In this document: one piece after another, positions 1 to 10,481 of the stretch
How positions within the stretch are numbered: the stretch's first letter is position 1
Layout of the letters: each line of letters begins with the position of its first letter
Origin: Leptonemataceae bacterium
GTDB lineage: Bacteria > Spirochaetota > Leptospiria > Leptospirales > Leptonemataceae
Assembly (NCBI GenBank): GCA_965227295.1
Contig: OZ245742.1
Location: forward strand, 3,200,001 to 3,264,000
Direction of reading: 5' to 3'
DNA: 64,000 bases
Program-made: the position numbers and the translations under genes
The notes under the pieces: generated by a model
Told to the model about the DNA's origin: nothing
Databases searched by the model: none
Seen by the model: the letters and a program-made list of their open reading frames with translations, nothing else

Positions 1-2
1 TT

Positions 3-263
3 TTGTTTTATGTGAGCTATCTTTTTTTTCGCATGGGTGTCTACGACGGCGGTCTCGCCGCGGCCGGCGGTTTCTTCGAATGGAACGAACTCACGAGTTA
101 TCACTGGGACGCCGAGGCGGGGTTGCTGTACTTCTTTCGCCGCGAATCCCGCTGGCACGCCGCCCCGCCGGTGATCTTTCGCATCATGGATAACCAGCGC
201 GACGGCCTGGAACGATTGCTGTCGCGTAAGTTACACGAGAAACTCGCCGCGCGGAACGGCTAA
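3..263 (+). CDS. 3' end of a hypothetical membrane-associated protein (partial at window edge)
   Basis: Open frame from the window edge to TAA at 263; aromatic-rich, protein-like composition (GGFFEWNELTSYHW). Confidence 0.55.
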   Translation: MFYVSYLFFRMGVYDGGLAAAGGFFEWNELTSYHWDAEAGLLYFFRRESRWHAAPPVIFRIMDNQRDGLERLLSRKLHEKLAARNG

Positions 264-281
264 GTGTTGCTCGATTGATGT

Positions 282-962
282 TTATTTCTGCGCGGCCACG
301 CGCGCGCAGATGTCCAGGGCCTGTACGACGAAGCCCGGCTCCGACATGCGTTCGCTTCCGAACGTGGGCATGACCATGTTATCGTTCAACACGAGTTCGA
401 TGACGTCCCCGGCGGCGCGGACGTCGGTGAAGTGCCAGTTACGTCCCAGGCGTTGGAGTTCTCCGTCGGCGACCACTTTTTCGGCAAACGTGCGGTCCGT
501 ACCAAAAACCCGGGCCCTGCCCACGCGCAGATCCTCGAACTCCGGCAACTCCACGTTGCGTTGTTCGAACATGTCCATGAGCCACTGGTCCGTCCGCAGC
601 GGGCCGACGTGTTCCTTAAGCATGATTTTAGGAAAGTTAGCGCCCGGCACCCGCATCTGTACGTGCAGGGTCTGGTAGAACGTGTTGCGACCCTCCAACT
701 CGCGGACCATGCCCCAGCCGCTCTCGCCGGAAAGGATGAGTTTGCCGTAGTTCGTACCGAGGCCGAAGTAGACGTCCGTGGGATAACCTTTGTACTCGCC
801 GGTGAGTCGATTGCCCTGGAGTTGCAGGCCGGTGCGTCTTAAGAGATCCGGTACGAAGTTGCGGGCTCTACGACTGCCGCGTACCGCACGGTAGATCATG
901 AACGGGACAAAGAGGCCGAAGCCCAGGATTAAGAAACCGATGAGGATGGCGACGCCGAGCAT
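282..962 (-). CDS. Hypothetical protein with N-terminal membrane anchor
   Basis: 226 aa ORF; hydrophobic N-terminal helix followed by a basic patch; no family recognised. Confidence 0.7.
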   Translation of the reverse strand: MLGVAILIGFLILGFGLFVPFMIYRAVRGSRRARNFVPDLLRRTGLQLQGNRLTGEYKGYPTDVYFGLGTNYGKLILSGESGWGMVRELEGRNTFYQTLHVQMRVPGANFPKIMLKEHVGPLRTDQWLMDMFEQRNVELPEFEDLRVGRARVFGTDRTFAEKVVADGELQRLGRNWHFTDVRAAGDVIELVLNDNMVMPTFGSERMSEPGFVVQALDICARVAAQK

Positions 963-1028
963 GGCGAAAATATGGTTGTAGGATTGGACCGGTCAAGTGG
1001 AATCCGGGAGCGTGAGAGGTTGTTTGCA

Positions 1029-1310
1029 ATGAACGGAGACGAGGTCGTATCGATTTTCTTATTGTTACTGCTTTTGGGTTTGCCGTTCACGGCGCTGTGG
1101 ATCTACGCCCTGGTGGATTGCGCGCGCAACGAGCCCGCCGCCGGTCTCACGCGCATGAACTGGCTGTTGGTGATCGCCATCGGCGGGGCCTTCGGCGCGG
1201 CGTTGTATTTACTGTATCGCCGACCGCGAAGGCCGAAGCGCGATGCCGTGTTGGACGATCCGGAGGGACGTTCGATCTTCGTGCGGCGGCCGAACGACTG
1301 GAAGTCTTAG
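1029..1310 (+). CDS. PLDc_N-like small membrane protein
   Basis: LWIYALVDCARNE...WLLVIAIGGAFGAALYLL pattern; ATG at 1029 preferred over the ORF-track start. Confidence 0.75.
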   Translation: MNGDEVVSIFLLLLLLGLPFTALWIYALVDCARNEPAAGLTRMNWLLVIAIGGAFGAALYLLYRRPRRPKRDAVLDDPEGRSIFVRRPNDWKS

Positions 1311-1338
1311 GTTCTTGTGGCCGCCGGTTAGTGCCGGC

Positions 1339-1572
1339 TCAGCGTTGCGCCGCGGCCCCGCCTACGACTTCGTAGACCGCCAGGGTAAAGTCGGGTCGCT
1401 CCCGATACACGCAGAGTTCGCCGGGTTTCAGGGCCGTAACGGGAATGCTGCGCATCGTATTTTCGCCGGGAATCTCTCCGGCATTGTCCACAAGCTCGGG
1501 AGAAACCTGTACCTCGGCCGTCTCGGGGACTTCGGTGATTTCTTCGGTGAGTTTGTTTTGTAGTTGGATCAT
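1339..1572 (-). CDS. Small acidic hypothetical protein
   Basis: 77 aa ORF with ATG and upstream GAAGG; fills the gap after the CDGSH gene. Confidence 0.55.
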   Translation of the reverse strand: MIQLQNKLTEEITEVPETAEVQVSPELVDNAGEIPGENTMRSIPVTALKPGELCVYRERPDFTLAVYEVVGGAAAQR

Positions 1573-1611
1573 GCCTTCAGCATAGTAAAGTTACGCCGGG
1601 CTCGCCAGGGT

Positions 1612-2277
1612 TCACTCCGCCGTAAACCCCGCTCCCTTGTGACTGCCGTCGCAGAACGGCTTGTTCTCCGATGCTCCGCAGCGACACAGCGCGGCCTTTT
1701 TGCCGGACCAGGCCGGACGCCCGCTTCCCGCTAAGATCGAAAAACTACCGGTTAAGAGCAGGGGGCCGTCTTTCGCCTTCGCGATCTCAAGTTCACCGCC
1801 GGCATTTTCCAGTGTCGCGCCGTCGCCGCTTTCGCCGACGGCGCCGTGATCGCGGAACTCTCCGTCGTTGTGGGAATTGTCGCAGAAGGGTTTGTTCTTC
1901 GAAAGGCCGCAGCGACACATGGCCGCGCGGAACTGTACGCCGGGCATTTCGTTAAGGTCGACTTCCTGGATCTTAAGCTTTCCGCGCACGTAGAGGGGAC
2001 CGTTATTTGCCACCATGACCGTGTTGTGCTCCGGGGCGCTTTCCGCCGCGCCGCCGTCCTTGCGATGATAACTCAACGCGCCGCTGGGACAGCGCTCGAT
2101 GACGTCGACGACTTCGTCCATGCCGTTGCCGGCCTGATCAGGCTGGCACCAGGGCTTGCGGCCGCCGACGAATAGATCGCCCTTTGCGCGCCCGCATTCC
2201 CCGACGTGGATGCACAGGCCGCCGTGCCACTTCACGTCTGCATTGCTGCCTTCGTAGGTGTAGACTTGTTTTGACAT
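1612..2277 (-). CDS. CDGSH iron-sulfur protein with N-terminal divergent 4Fe-4S (DUF1271-type) domain
   Basis: CIHVGEC...CPSGAL plus two CRCGxSxNKPFCD(N/G)SH motifs. Confidence 0.92.
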   Translation of the reverse strand: MSKQVYTYEGSNADVKWHGGLCIHVGECGRAKGDLFVGGRKPWCQPDQAGNGMDEVVDVIERCPSGALSYHRKDGGAAESAPEHNTVMVANNGPLYVRGKLKIQEVDLNEMPGVQFRAAMCRCGLSKNKPFCDNSHNDGEFRDHGAVGESGDGATLENAGGELEIAKAKDGPLLLTGSFSILAGSGRPAWSGKKAALCRCGASENKPFCDGSHKGAGFTAE

Positions 2278-2424
2278 ATCACTTAAACAAAACAATCTTC
2301 CCGGCGATGTCTAGCCGTAATCGCGGTCTCAAATTGAGAAACATGAATGAGTGTTTGTTTGGCCGCCGTGCCCGGCGGCGTCGGGAGCCGCCGGGCACGG
2401 CGGCCTCACATCCTGTGCATGATC

Positions 2425-3126
2425 TCACCAGGTCTCGCCGAACGGTCGCACGTCGACCTCGAACGACCACGCGCTCTTCGGCTGTTGCGTAATGTTCCAA
2501 ACGGTCTCCGCGATTTCTGCCGGCTTCAGAAAAAACGAATCGTCTTTGTCCGGCACCATCTGGCGGGTGCGGGGGAGATCGACCATGCCGTCGATGATCA
2601 AGAGCGCGACGTGTACGCCCGCCGGCCAGAGATGCCTTGCCAGGCTCTGGGCCATGTTACGCTGGGCGGCCTTGGCCGAGGCGAAGGCCGTGAACTTCGC
2701 CCCGCCCCGGAGTGAGGCCGTCGCGCCGATGAACACGATGCTGCCCGCGCCGCGGCTCTTCATTTTCGGCAGGACCTCTTTCGCCGCCGCAAGTCCGCCG
2801 AGGGCGTTGACCTTCCAGGCGTTTTCGAAATCGTCGAGGGACGTTTCTTCCGGATTACCGAAGACTCCGGAGCCGGCGTTGTAAATCAGGACGTCGACCT
2901 CGCCGAGATCTTTGCGAATGTTTGCAAACGTCGCCTGGATGCTTGCGGGATCGGCGGCGTCGCATTCGTAGTAGCGCGAGTCCGGCAACTCGCCGGCGAT
3001 TTTTTCGGTGGTTCGGGGGCTGCGGGACAACAAGGCCAGGGCGTAGCCTTGCTCCGAGAATTTGCGGGCGAAGGCCTCGCCGTTGCCGGGGCCGACGCCG
3101 AGAACGACGCATACGGGTTTGTTCAT
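2425..3126 (-). CDS. SDR family oxidoreductase
   Basis: GVGPGNG, YNAG, GATASLRG, FASAK; ATGA overlap with the upstream stop. Confidence 0.92.
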   Translation of the reverse strand: MNKPVCVVLGVGPGNGEAFARKFSEQGYALALLSRSPRTTEKIAGELPDSRYYECDAADPASIQATFANIRKDLGEVDVLIYNAGSGVFGNPEETSLDDFENAWKVNALGGLAAAKEVLPKMKSRGAGSIVFIGATASLRGGAKFTAFASAKAAQRNMAQSLARHLWPAGVHVALLIIDGMVDLPRTRQMVPDKDDSFFLKPAEIAETVWNITQQPKSAWSFEVDVRPFGETW

Positions 3127-5597
3127 GATTCCTCCGTGTTGTCCTGTTTCTTTTTCTTTTTTCCGCGCCGCAACCAACCGCCCTTCGCCTTCGCCTCTTC
3201 CTCGTGTTTCAACAACGGCAGCAGATCCGCGATCGTCACTTCTCCCGCCACGCGATCCAGTTCCTTAAGCATCGCTTGCTGTAACTTAGAGACGCGCTTG
3301 TGAAAACGGCCCTCCGGCAGAATCGCGGATTCGGGAATGTGCAGCGCGTTCTCGACGATGAGCCGTTCCAGGGAGCTTACGTGAATGTCCGAGGGCGGAC
3401 GGACCGGGAAGTACTCGCCGGCCACGGCGTCGTAGCCGATCATCTGCGCGCCGACCAGGCGGTCCCGGGCGTACTCCAGCTTCATGGCGTCGCGCCGAAA
3501 AAAACGCAGGGCCTGTTCATCGGTGAGCGGGCGTTTGCGATCGTAGAGATGATGATACGTGAGCGAAATCAAAAGCAGGAAGTTCCACAGCAACGAGTCC
3601 TCGGCCTCTTCTTCGTTATGCGCGAGGGCCGCCGTTCCCATATACAGGTACGGATGTTGTAAGACGTAGGCCACCTCCAGTCCGAATAAGATGATCTGAG
3701 CAGAAACTAAGATCACGAGCAGGCCCAGGGGAATGGCCGCCCACACGCCGTAGATGTAGCCGGTGGTGGTGGAGCCGGCCATCCAGGTGCGGAAGATCAC
3801 GATGAACACGACGAGGGCCACCGAGGTAAGACCCGCGCCGATGCCCGCGGCCCGCCAGTCCACCGAGGCGAACGGGACCAACGCATAGGCCAGGGCAATG
3901 ATCAAAAAGATCGTCAGCAGCAGGAACACGCCCAGGACCAGGCGCAGCAGGATCGAGCGCACGCTGTGAAAGCGCGCTAACATCTCGTAATCGAAAGCTA
4001 CGTACGGGTGCCGGTTTTCGTCGAGGTTATCCTCGAGAATCTTCGCGGCATTGATGCGCAGGATCGAGGCCTCTTCGCCGGCCAGGAGGACGCCGCGGCC
4101 GTTCAGACGATGATGCGCGAGAAAGACATTGCTTTCCAGGGCCGACGTCTGCGTGCGCAGCCAGGTGCGCCCCCCGTCCACGGTGTATCGAAACAGGCCG
4201 CCCGAACCGTAGAGCATGCCGGTGCCGTCCTCGTCGATGTAAAATCCCCGCACGGACTGGTCGAAGTTCGCGCGCAGACTTACGTACGTCTTCGTACCGT
4301 TGGCGTTGATCCAGAACGTGCCGTTGGAGCCGCCGAAGTACATGTTGCCTTCAGCGTCCGCCTGCATGGCCCCGATGTTCACCACGCGGTTCTTGAATCG
4401 CTCCAGATACGAATTGGACCAGTTGTTTCCGTCCGCCGAGTAGATGTAGCGGCCCTTGCCGGTAATAAAATATCCATTGCGAAAGATGTTCTTAGCATCC
4501 GGCGAAATGTTGTTAATGAAAAAGATCTTTCGATAGATGCCGTCCAGGGGGGCGTAGCGCCAGTCCGAGTACTCCGCGCCGTCGCCGGTGCGGTAGATGA
4601 GCCCGGAACGGGAGCCCTCGTTGACGAGTAAGATGAGCCGGCCGTCCGCGTCCACGTGCATGTCGCTGAGCTGCGGATTGCGGGAACCGGTGCCGGACTT
4701 GAACTGAATCTTCTGGAAGCGAAAGGTGCGGCCGCCGTCGTCCGAGTAGAACAGGGCGCCCGTCTCCGAGATGACGTAGAGCGTGTCCCCGCCGTAGCCG
4801 ACCTCCTTCAACGAAAAGAAGTCGTCCACCGTGAGCGGTGTGCCCGGGTACTGCTCGGCGATGATGTCGTCCGCGCCGCCGATGCGCCGGGAGTCCGGAT
4901 CGATGTACAGGTCCCGAAAGGGCGCCTGGGCGTCGACGATGTTGCGCAGGTTGATTTCGCTGAAGTCGCCGGAGCGCTCGGCGTCTCCGGTCGTGGTGCG
5001 CAGGATGCCGTTGGACGCCACGATCCAGTAGCGCCCTTCGACTTTCAGGATGTCGTTGAGGTTCGGTGGGCGGATCTGATTTAGGAAGAACGACGCGCCG
5101 CTGGCGATGACGTAGATCAACGTCGGCAAAATGGCGAACGAGGCGATGTACAGCGAGAAGCGGTATACCATGGGCCGCGCCTTACGTGCGCGGTAGATGA
5201 AGTTAAAGGCGTCTTCTAAGTGGATCAACAGGTTCGTCGCGGAGTACACGACGAAGACCAGACCGACCCCGGCGATGGTCGTGGCGTTGTCCAGGATCTC
5301 GTCCAGGATCGACAGCACCTCGTTCGTTTCGGTGAGGCCGTAAGCCGCGAGAAAGGCGGCCACGTTCGTGCGGATGTCCGCCTTGTCGATGGACGCGAAG
5401 CGGATCAGCACCGTAAACACCGGGATGATCGAGATGACGATGGCGTAGGCGATGGCGTTGGCCCGCACGGTGCAGTTGTCCGCCAGGAATTTCTCCAGCG
5501 CCGCCCGAATGATCTGATACGTGGTGCGGAACGTCGGAAACGTGCGCTGCCAGAGATCTTTGCCCTTAGAAATTGTTGATGTTAACGTAGTGTTCAT
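3123..5597 (-). CDS. YihY/BrkB family membrane protein with large inserted beta-propeller-like domain
   Basis: ANAIAYAIVISIIP, LEDAFNFIY and YGVWAAIPLGLL YihY motifs flanking BNR-like SDDGGRTF/TVDGGRTW repeats; start at ATG 5597 (the longer ORF start lies inside a repeat). Confidence 0.85.
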   Translation of the reverse strand: MNTTLTSTISKGKDLWQRTFPTFRTTYQIIRAALEKFLADNCTVRANAIAYAIVISIIPVFTVLIRFASIDKADIRTNVAAFLAAYGLTETNEVLSILDEILDNATTIAGVGLVFVVYSATNLLIHLEDAFNFIYRARKARPMVYRFSLYIASFAILPTLIYVIASGASFFLNQIRPPNLNDILKVEGRYWIVASNGILRTTTGDAERSGDFSEINLRNIVDAQAPFRDLYIDPDSRRIGGADDIIAEQYPGTPLTVDDFFSLKEVGYGGDTLYVISETGALFYSDDGGRTFRFQKIQFKSGTGSRNPQLSDMHVDADGRLILLVNEGSRSGLIYRTGDGAEYSDWRYAPLDGIYRKIFFINNISPDAKNIFRNGYFITGKGRYIYSADGNNWSNSYLERFKNRVVNIGAMQADAEGNMYFGGSNGTFWINANGTKTYVSLRANFDQSVRGFYIDEDGTGMLYGSGGLFRYTVDGGRTWLRTQTSALESNVFLAHHRLNGRGVLLAGEEASILRINAAKILEDNLDENRHPYVAFDYEMLARFHSVRSILLRLVLGVFLLLTIFLIIALAYALVPFASVDWRAAGIGAGLTSVALVVFIVIFRTWMAGSTTTGYIYGVWAAIPLGLLVILVSAQIILFGLEVAYVLQHPYLYMGTAALAHNEEEAEDSLLWNFLLLISLTYHHLYDRKRPLTDEQALRFFRRDAMKLEYARDRLVGAQMIGYDAVAGEYFPVRPPSDIHVSSLERLIVENALHIPESAILPEGRFHKRVSKLQQAMLKELDRVAGEVTIADLLPLLKHEEEAKAKGGWLRRGKKKKKQDNTEES

Positions 5598-5601
5598 GAA
5601 A

Positions 5602-5715
5602 CTCTTCGCGTGAGGGATGCGGAGGGGGCCGAAGGCCGTCTCGCGCCGGCGCGAGACCGAAGCGATAGCGGAGCCCGGAGCAGCCCGACCCCGCGCGCCG
5701 CGCGGGGGCACGCCC
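5602..5715 (+). repeat. ~110 bp structured intergenic repeat, family A copy 1
   Basis: Aligns end to end with 18863-18972 (ctcttcgcg..agggat..cggaggg...gcgatagcggagcccg.agcagcccg...cgccc); contains a perfect 20 bp palindrome at 5638-5657. Confidence 0.9.
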
Positions 5716-5744
5716 AGAAAATTTTCACCCGATCCACTACACTG

Positions 5745-6545
5745 CTATTCGGGTCGTTCCCGAATCACGGCAACTTCGGACAGGGCCACCGCATCGGAGG
5801 TTACGCCGGTGCCCGGATAAAAGTCCAGCACTTCCAGGCGCAACCAGAGTTGCCGCACATTGTGCGGAAAGCGTTCCGAGGGCTGCGGCGGGGCCAGGGC
5901 GGTGGCGGGGAAGTCCTGGGCGCCCATGCGATCGGCCAGGGTGACGACTTCTTCGCCGGCGTAGACCGGCTCGCCGGCCAGGCGATACTCGCGATCGAAG
6001 TCCACGACCTGCTGCCGAAAGTAGATGAGCCGCACGCGGCGGGGCCGGGCGTGGCGGCGGAAGTCCTCGGGCGACGCCTGGTTTCCGCTCCAGATGCGAA
6101 TCGACCGCAGCGGATGCGGCTCCGGCGGTCGGGCCGGGAAGTGGCTCAGGCCGGCCTGGAGCTGGACGAACATCACCGCCGGATTCCAGGGCCAGGGCGC
6201 CCCGTCCGCCGGGCCGGTTCCCGGGGGGGAATTGTCGGAACTCCTACGTGACGGGTCGGAACTCCGCCGGGCCGGGGCGTTGAGGTCCGGAACGGCCGTG
6301 GAGGGATCGCCGTCGATGAGGCGGCGCGGGTCCTGAGCGGCTTGTTCCGGCGCCGCGTAGGTGGAAGAAGAGTAGATGAGCCGGCCGGTCATGGATTTGA
6401 GGGCTTCGGCGCGCCCCGCCGCGCGGCTGACCAGGAAGGTCGAGGCCGCCAGCGCGCCCGCAACGATGAGCGTGGAGGTCCACGGGAGCAGTAAGCGGCG
6501 ATCCGGCATCGGCGGCACACTGGCACGCGGGGCGGCATGCTTCAC
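5745..6545 (-). CDS. Exported protein with discoidin / NADase-type glycan-binding-like domain
   Basis: Signal/TM segment; LIDGDPSTA, IRIWSGNQ, ARPRRV, LRLEVLDFYPG..ALSEV; start uncertain. Confidence 0.65.
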   Translation of the reverse strand: MKHAAPRASVPPMPDRRLLLPWTSTLIVAGALAASTFLVSRAAGRAEALKSMTGRLIYSSSTYAAPEQAAQDPRRLIDGDPSTAVPDLNAPARRSSDPSRRSSDNSPPGTGPADGAPWPWNPAVMFVQLQAGLSHFPARPPEPHPLRSIRIWSGNQASPEDFRRHARPRRVRLIYFRQQVVDFDREYRLAGEPVYAGEEVVTLADRMGAQDFPATALAPPQPSERFPHNVRQLWLRLEVLDFYPGTGVTSDAVALSEVAVIRERPE

Positions 6546-6648
6546 AGTAAAAAATGGATGATCGTGGACCCCCGCCTGAAAATCCTGTACAGTAGAGGAA
6601 AATCAATCCTCGTTCTTAACCCCAGGCAGCCCCGGCCGGACCAAAGTC

Positions 6649-9522
6649 ATGATCCAGAAGACCTTCAACCTCCTTTTCGGTACCAAACACGAGCGCGACA
6701 TCAAGAAGATCGTCCCGCTCGTAAACGAGATCAACGCCCTCGAACCGGAAATCCAGCAACTCTCCAACGAAGAACTGGGCGCCCAGACCGCGAAGTTCCG
6801 GGCCCTGCTCGCCGACGGCAATACCCTCGACGACATCCTGCCGGAAGCCTTCGCCACCGTTCGCGAGGCCGCCTGGCGAACGCTTGGTATGCGCCACTTC
6901 GACGTGCAGCTCATTGGCGGCATCGTCCTGCACAGCGGAAAGATCGCGGAGATGAAAACGGGGGAGGGCAAGACCCTCACGTCCACCTCGCCCATCTATC
7001 TCAACGCGCTCTCCGGCAAAGGCGTACACGTGGTCACCGTGAACGATTACCTGGCCCGCCGCGACGCCGCCTGGATGCAGCCCGTCTTCGATCTGCTCGG
7101 CCTCAGCGTCGGTGTGATTCAACACGATATGGATCACGAGGCGCGCCGCCGGGCCTATGCCTGCGACGTCACCTACGGCACGAACAACGAGTACGGCTTC
7201 GATTACCTGCGCGATAACATGGTCACCGAGAAGACCTTTCGGGTGCAGCGCGAACATCACTTCGGCATCGTCGACGAGGTGGACTCGATCCTCATCGACG
7301 AGGCGCGGACCCCGCTCATCATCTCCGGGCCCACCGAGGAGAACACCGAGAAGTACGGCATCATCGACAAACACATTCGCAAACTCATTGCCGCGGAAGA
7401 ACAGCGCATCAAAGAAGACGGCCCCGCCCCCGCCCCGGAAGTGGAGCCGGGCAAAGAAGAACCTCACGTCACCCACGGCTATTTTTACGACGTCGATGAG
7501 AAGTCGCGGAACGTCCTGTTGACCGAGGACGGCGTGCATCGCATGGAAGAGATCCTCGACATCGAGAACCTCTATTCGCCGGAAAACCAGGAACTGGTCG
7601 CCCACGTTTCGCAATCGCTTAAGGCGCACTTGATTTTCCAGAACGACGTGGACTATGTCGTCGAAGACGGCGACGTGGTGATCGTCGACGAACACACCGG
7701 TCGCAAGATGACCGGCCGCCGCTATTCCGACGGCCTGCACCAGGCCCTCGAAGCGAAAGAACACGTTACCGTTAAAAAAGAAACGCAAACGCTCGCGAGC
7801 ATTACGTTCCAGAATTTCTTCCGCATGTACGACAAACTCTCGGGCATGACCGGCACGGCCGACACCGAGGCCACGGAATTCCGCAAGATCTACGAACTCG
7901 ACGTCGTCGTCATTCCCACGAACGTGCCCATCGCGCGCATCGACTATCCGGATCGCGTCTATCGCACGCAGCAGGAAAAGTTCAACGCCATCATCGAAGA
8001 GATCGAAGAGGGGCGCGAGCGCGGCCAACCGTGCCTGGTGGGCACGATCTCCGTCGACGCGTCGGAGTACCTCTCCGGCCTGTTAAAAAAACACGGCATT
8101 GCGCACAACGTACTCAACGCCAAACACCACGAACGCGAGGCCGAGATCGTGCGGGACGCCGGTAAACCCGGTCAGGTGACGGTGGCCACGAACATGGCCG
8201 GTCGCGGCACCGACATCGTCTTAGGTGGATATCCGCTGTACTTAGACGATCTGGAAAAACTGGAGGTCGAAGGCCCCACGGATACCGTCGTCGAGAAGTT
8301 CCGCGAGCTTATGCTGAAAAAGCAGTTCGACGCCGCGGCGAACATCGTCGACGAAATCCCCGGCACCCAGGACAAACAGTTCTGCAAAGAAATCTACGAT
8401 CGTTCGCAGATCTGGCTCGAATCGCACAACAAAGTCAAAGCGGCGGGCGGCCTGCACATCCTGGCCACCGAGCGCCACGAGTCCCGGCGCATCGACAACC
8501 AGTTGCGCGGTCGCGCCGGACGTCAGGGCGACCCGGGTTCCTCGCGTTTTTATCTTTCGCTGGAAGATCACCTCATGCGTATCTTCGGCGGTGAGCGCAT
8601 TAAGAACCTCATGGCCCGCCTGGGTATGGAAGAGGGCCAGGAACTCGAAGCCGGCATGGTGGACCGCGCCATCGCTCGCGCGCAAAAGCGGGTGGAATCG
8701 CACAACTTCGACATTCGCAAGCACCTCCTCGAGTACGACGAGGTCATGAACCGCCAGCGCGAGTACGTTTACGAAGAACGTAACATTGTCCTCGATAACG
8801 TCGATCTGCGCAAACACCTCCTCACCTGGGCCGATGAAGTCATCGAAGAACAGATCCTGAACTTTTGCGAAACCAACGATCCCACCCGCTGGGACCTGGA
8901 CGGCCTGAACGAATGGCTGCGCCTCGGCCTCACCATCGACGTCCCGCTGGATGCAGCCGAGTTCGAAGGCGATCGCAATCCGCAACTGGCGCTGTTCAAC
9001 AAAGTTCGCGACGCGGCCCACTCGGCGTACGCGCAGAAAGTCGAAGAAGTCGGCGAGGAACCGTTCAGCTACGTGGAACGTCGTCTGGCCCTGGACGTCA
9101 TCGACGCGCGCTGGAAGGAACACCTGTACTCCATGGACCAACTGCGCGAAGGTGTGTGGGCTTCGGCCTACGCGGAACGCCAGCCGCTGGTACAGTTCAA
9201 GCTCGACGGCTTTCGAATGTTCGACGAGATGGTGGCGTCCATTAAAGACCAGGTAACTTCCAATCTCTTTCGCGTGCGCGTCGAGGGCACTTTCGTCCCC
9301 GAGGAACAAACCGAACCGCGGCGTCGCAACCAGGGCACGGCCATGCACGCATCGGTGGACGGTTTCGCCGGCGCGGCCCAGTCCAACAACGGCGGCCGCG
9401 CGGCCGGCGGCCAGGCCTTCGCCGGCGCGCCGAACGCCGGTAACAGCGGCGCGGCCCCGGGAACTACGGTTTCCTCCGGCGGAGCGACGAAGCGCCGCAA
9501 GTCTCGCAAGAAGCGCCGCTAA
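6649..9522 (+). CDS. secA: Preprotein translocase ATPase SecA
   Basis: [56 protein letters not shown]. Confidence 0.99.
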   Translation: MIQKTFNLLFGTKHERDIKKIVPLVNEINALEPEIQQLSNEELGAQTAKFRALLADGNTLDDILPEAFATVREAAWRTLGMRHFDVQLIGGIVLHSGKIAEMKTGEGKTLTSTSPIYLNALSGKGVHVVTVNDYLARRDAAWMQPVFDLLGLSVGVIQHDMDHEARRRAYACDVTYGTNNEYGFDYLRDNMVTEKTFRVQREHHFGIVDEVDSILIDEARTPLIISGPTEENTEKYGIIDKHIRKLIAAEEQRIKEDGPAPAPEVEPGKEEPHVTHGYFYDVDEKSRNVLLTEDGVHRMEEILDIENLYSPENQELVAHVSQSLKAHLIFQNDVDYVVEDGDVVIVDEHTGRKMTGRRYSDGLHQALEAKEHVTVKKETQTLASITFQNFFRMYDKLSGMTGTADTEATEFRKIYELDVVVIPTNVPIARIDYPDRVYRTQQEKFNAIIEEIEEGRERGQPCLVGTISVDASEYLSGLLKKHGIAHNVLNAKHHEREAEIVRDAGKPGQVTVATNMAGRGTDIVLGGYPLYLDDLEKLEVEGPTDTVVEKFRELMLKKQFDAAANIVDEIPGTQDKQFCKEIYDRSQIWLESHNKVKAAGGLHILATERHESRRIDNQLRGRAGRQGDPGSSRFYLSLEDHLMRIFGGERIKNLMARLGMEEGQELEAGMVDRAIARAQKRVESHNFDIRKHLLEYDEVMNRQREYVYEERNIVLDNVDLRKHLLTWADEVIEEQILNFCETNDPTRWDLDGLNEWLRLGLTIDVPLDAAEFEGDRNPQLALFNKVRDAAHSAYAQKVEEVGEEPFSYVERRLALDVIDARWKEHLYSMDQLREGVWASAYAERQPLVQFKLDGFRMFDEMVASIKDQVTSNLFRVRVEGTFVPEEQTEPRRRNQGTAMHASVDGFAGAAQSNNGGRAAGGQAFAGAPNAGNSGAAPGTTVSSGGATKRRKSRKKRR

Positions 9523-9542
9523 AGTACGGAGAGGCGTAGTTA

Positions 9543-10481
9543 GTGAAAGAACGTCCGCCGGAACTCGGAGCGCTGCTGCGTTCTGTGATCGAAACCTCCG
9601 TGCGGTTGTTCCCGCACATCTGCGTGATCGGCACCCTCCAGAGTCTCGTGGTGGTGGCGCTATTGTACGGCGCGCTGCATATCACGTTCCATTACGTTTC
9701 TGCGGCTGCCGCCGATTATGCGGCCAATGGCGATATCGTCAGTACCGGAGACATGAGCGGCATCCTGGAAAACCTGGGCAATCTATTCCTGCTGCTCCTG
9801 GCCGTGTGGGTAGCCCTGACCGTGCTGCGTGCCGTGTTCAAGTTGCTCGCAGCCGTTTTCGTGGAAAGCGGGCCCGGCGGATGCCTGCGCACATCCGGCG
9901 ATGCCGTGCAGCGTTTCTTCACGGTGGCGCCGTTGTTCGTGGTGCTGTTTTTGTTTACCCGGCCGCTGACGTTTGTCGGCTACTTCGTCGCCGGGCTGCC
10001 GGGTTTGTTGATGTTGAGTGTCTTCAGTTTGCTCGCCCCCCTTACGGTCTACGGTGGCTGGAGCTTCCGGCGCATCCTGGCGCCCCTGGACCGCGTTGAT
10101 TCGGAGCGGGGTGTGAAACTCTTTGCGGTCTACGTGCTGGCGGGCACGATTTACCTGGCCCTGCCGGCCGCGGTGCTCTTCGTCTGTTACCTGGGCGGAC
10201 TGTTCGGCGGTGTCGAGGCGGCCGTGGAGCAACTCTCGCCGGCGACGGAGCCCGAGTCCCTGTACGAGGCCGCATACTCGACGCCGGCATTGATCCTCGT
10301 GTGCTCGACGGTGATCGCGTTCAGCCTGGGCGACCTGGTATCGACGGTGGCCGTGAGCGCCACGATGCTCGCCTATCGCCGCGCGGACGAGGCCGGCGGC
10401 GTTGCCGCGGCGGATCGAACACTAACCACTGATGAAGCAAACTTAACGGAGCAACCGCGGGAGCGCGGTCCGTATGATTGA
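9543..10481 (+). CDS. Multi-pass hypothetical membrane protein
   Basis: 312 aa with about 6 hydrophobic segments; GTG start 20 bp after the secA stop, GGAGAGG upstream. Confidence 0.75.
   Translation: MKERPPELGALLRSVIETSVRLFPHICVIGTLQSLVVVALLYGALHITFHYVSAAAADYAANGDIVSTGDMSGILENLGNLFLLLLAVWVALTVLRAVFKLLAAVFVESGPGGCLRTSGDAVQRFFTVAPLFVVLFLFTRPLTFVGYFVAGLPGLLMLSVFSLLAPLTVYGGWSFRRILAPLDRVDSERGVKLFAVYVLAGTIYLALPAAVLFVCYLGGLFGGVEAAVEQLSPATEPESLYEAAYSTPALILVCSTVIAFSLGDLVSTVAVSATMLAYRRADEAGGVAAADRTLTTDEANLTEQPRERGPYD

Noticed and set aside
6616..9348. 470 aa and 368 aa minus-strand ORFs
   Set aside because: Antisense shadows of secA
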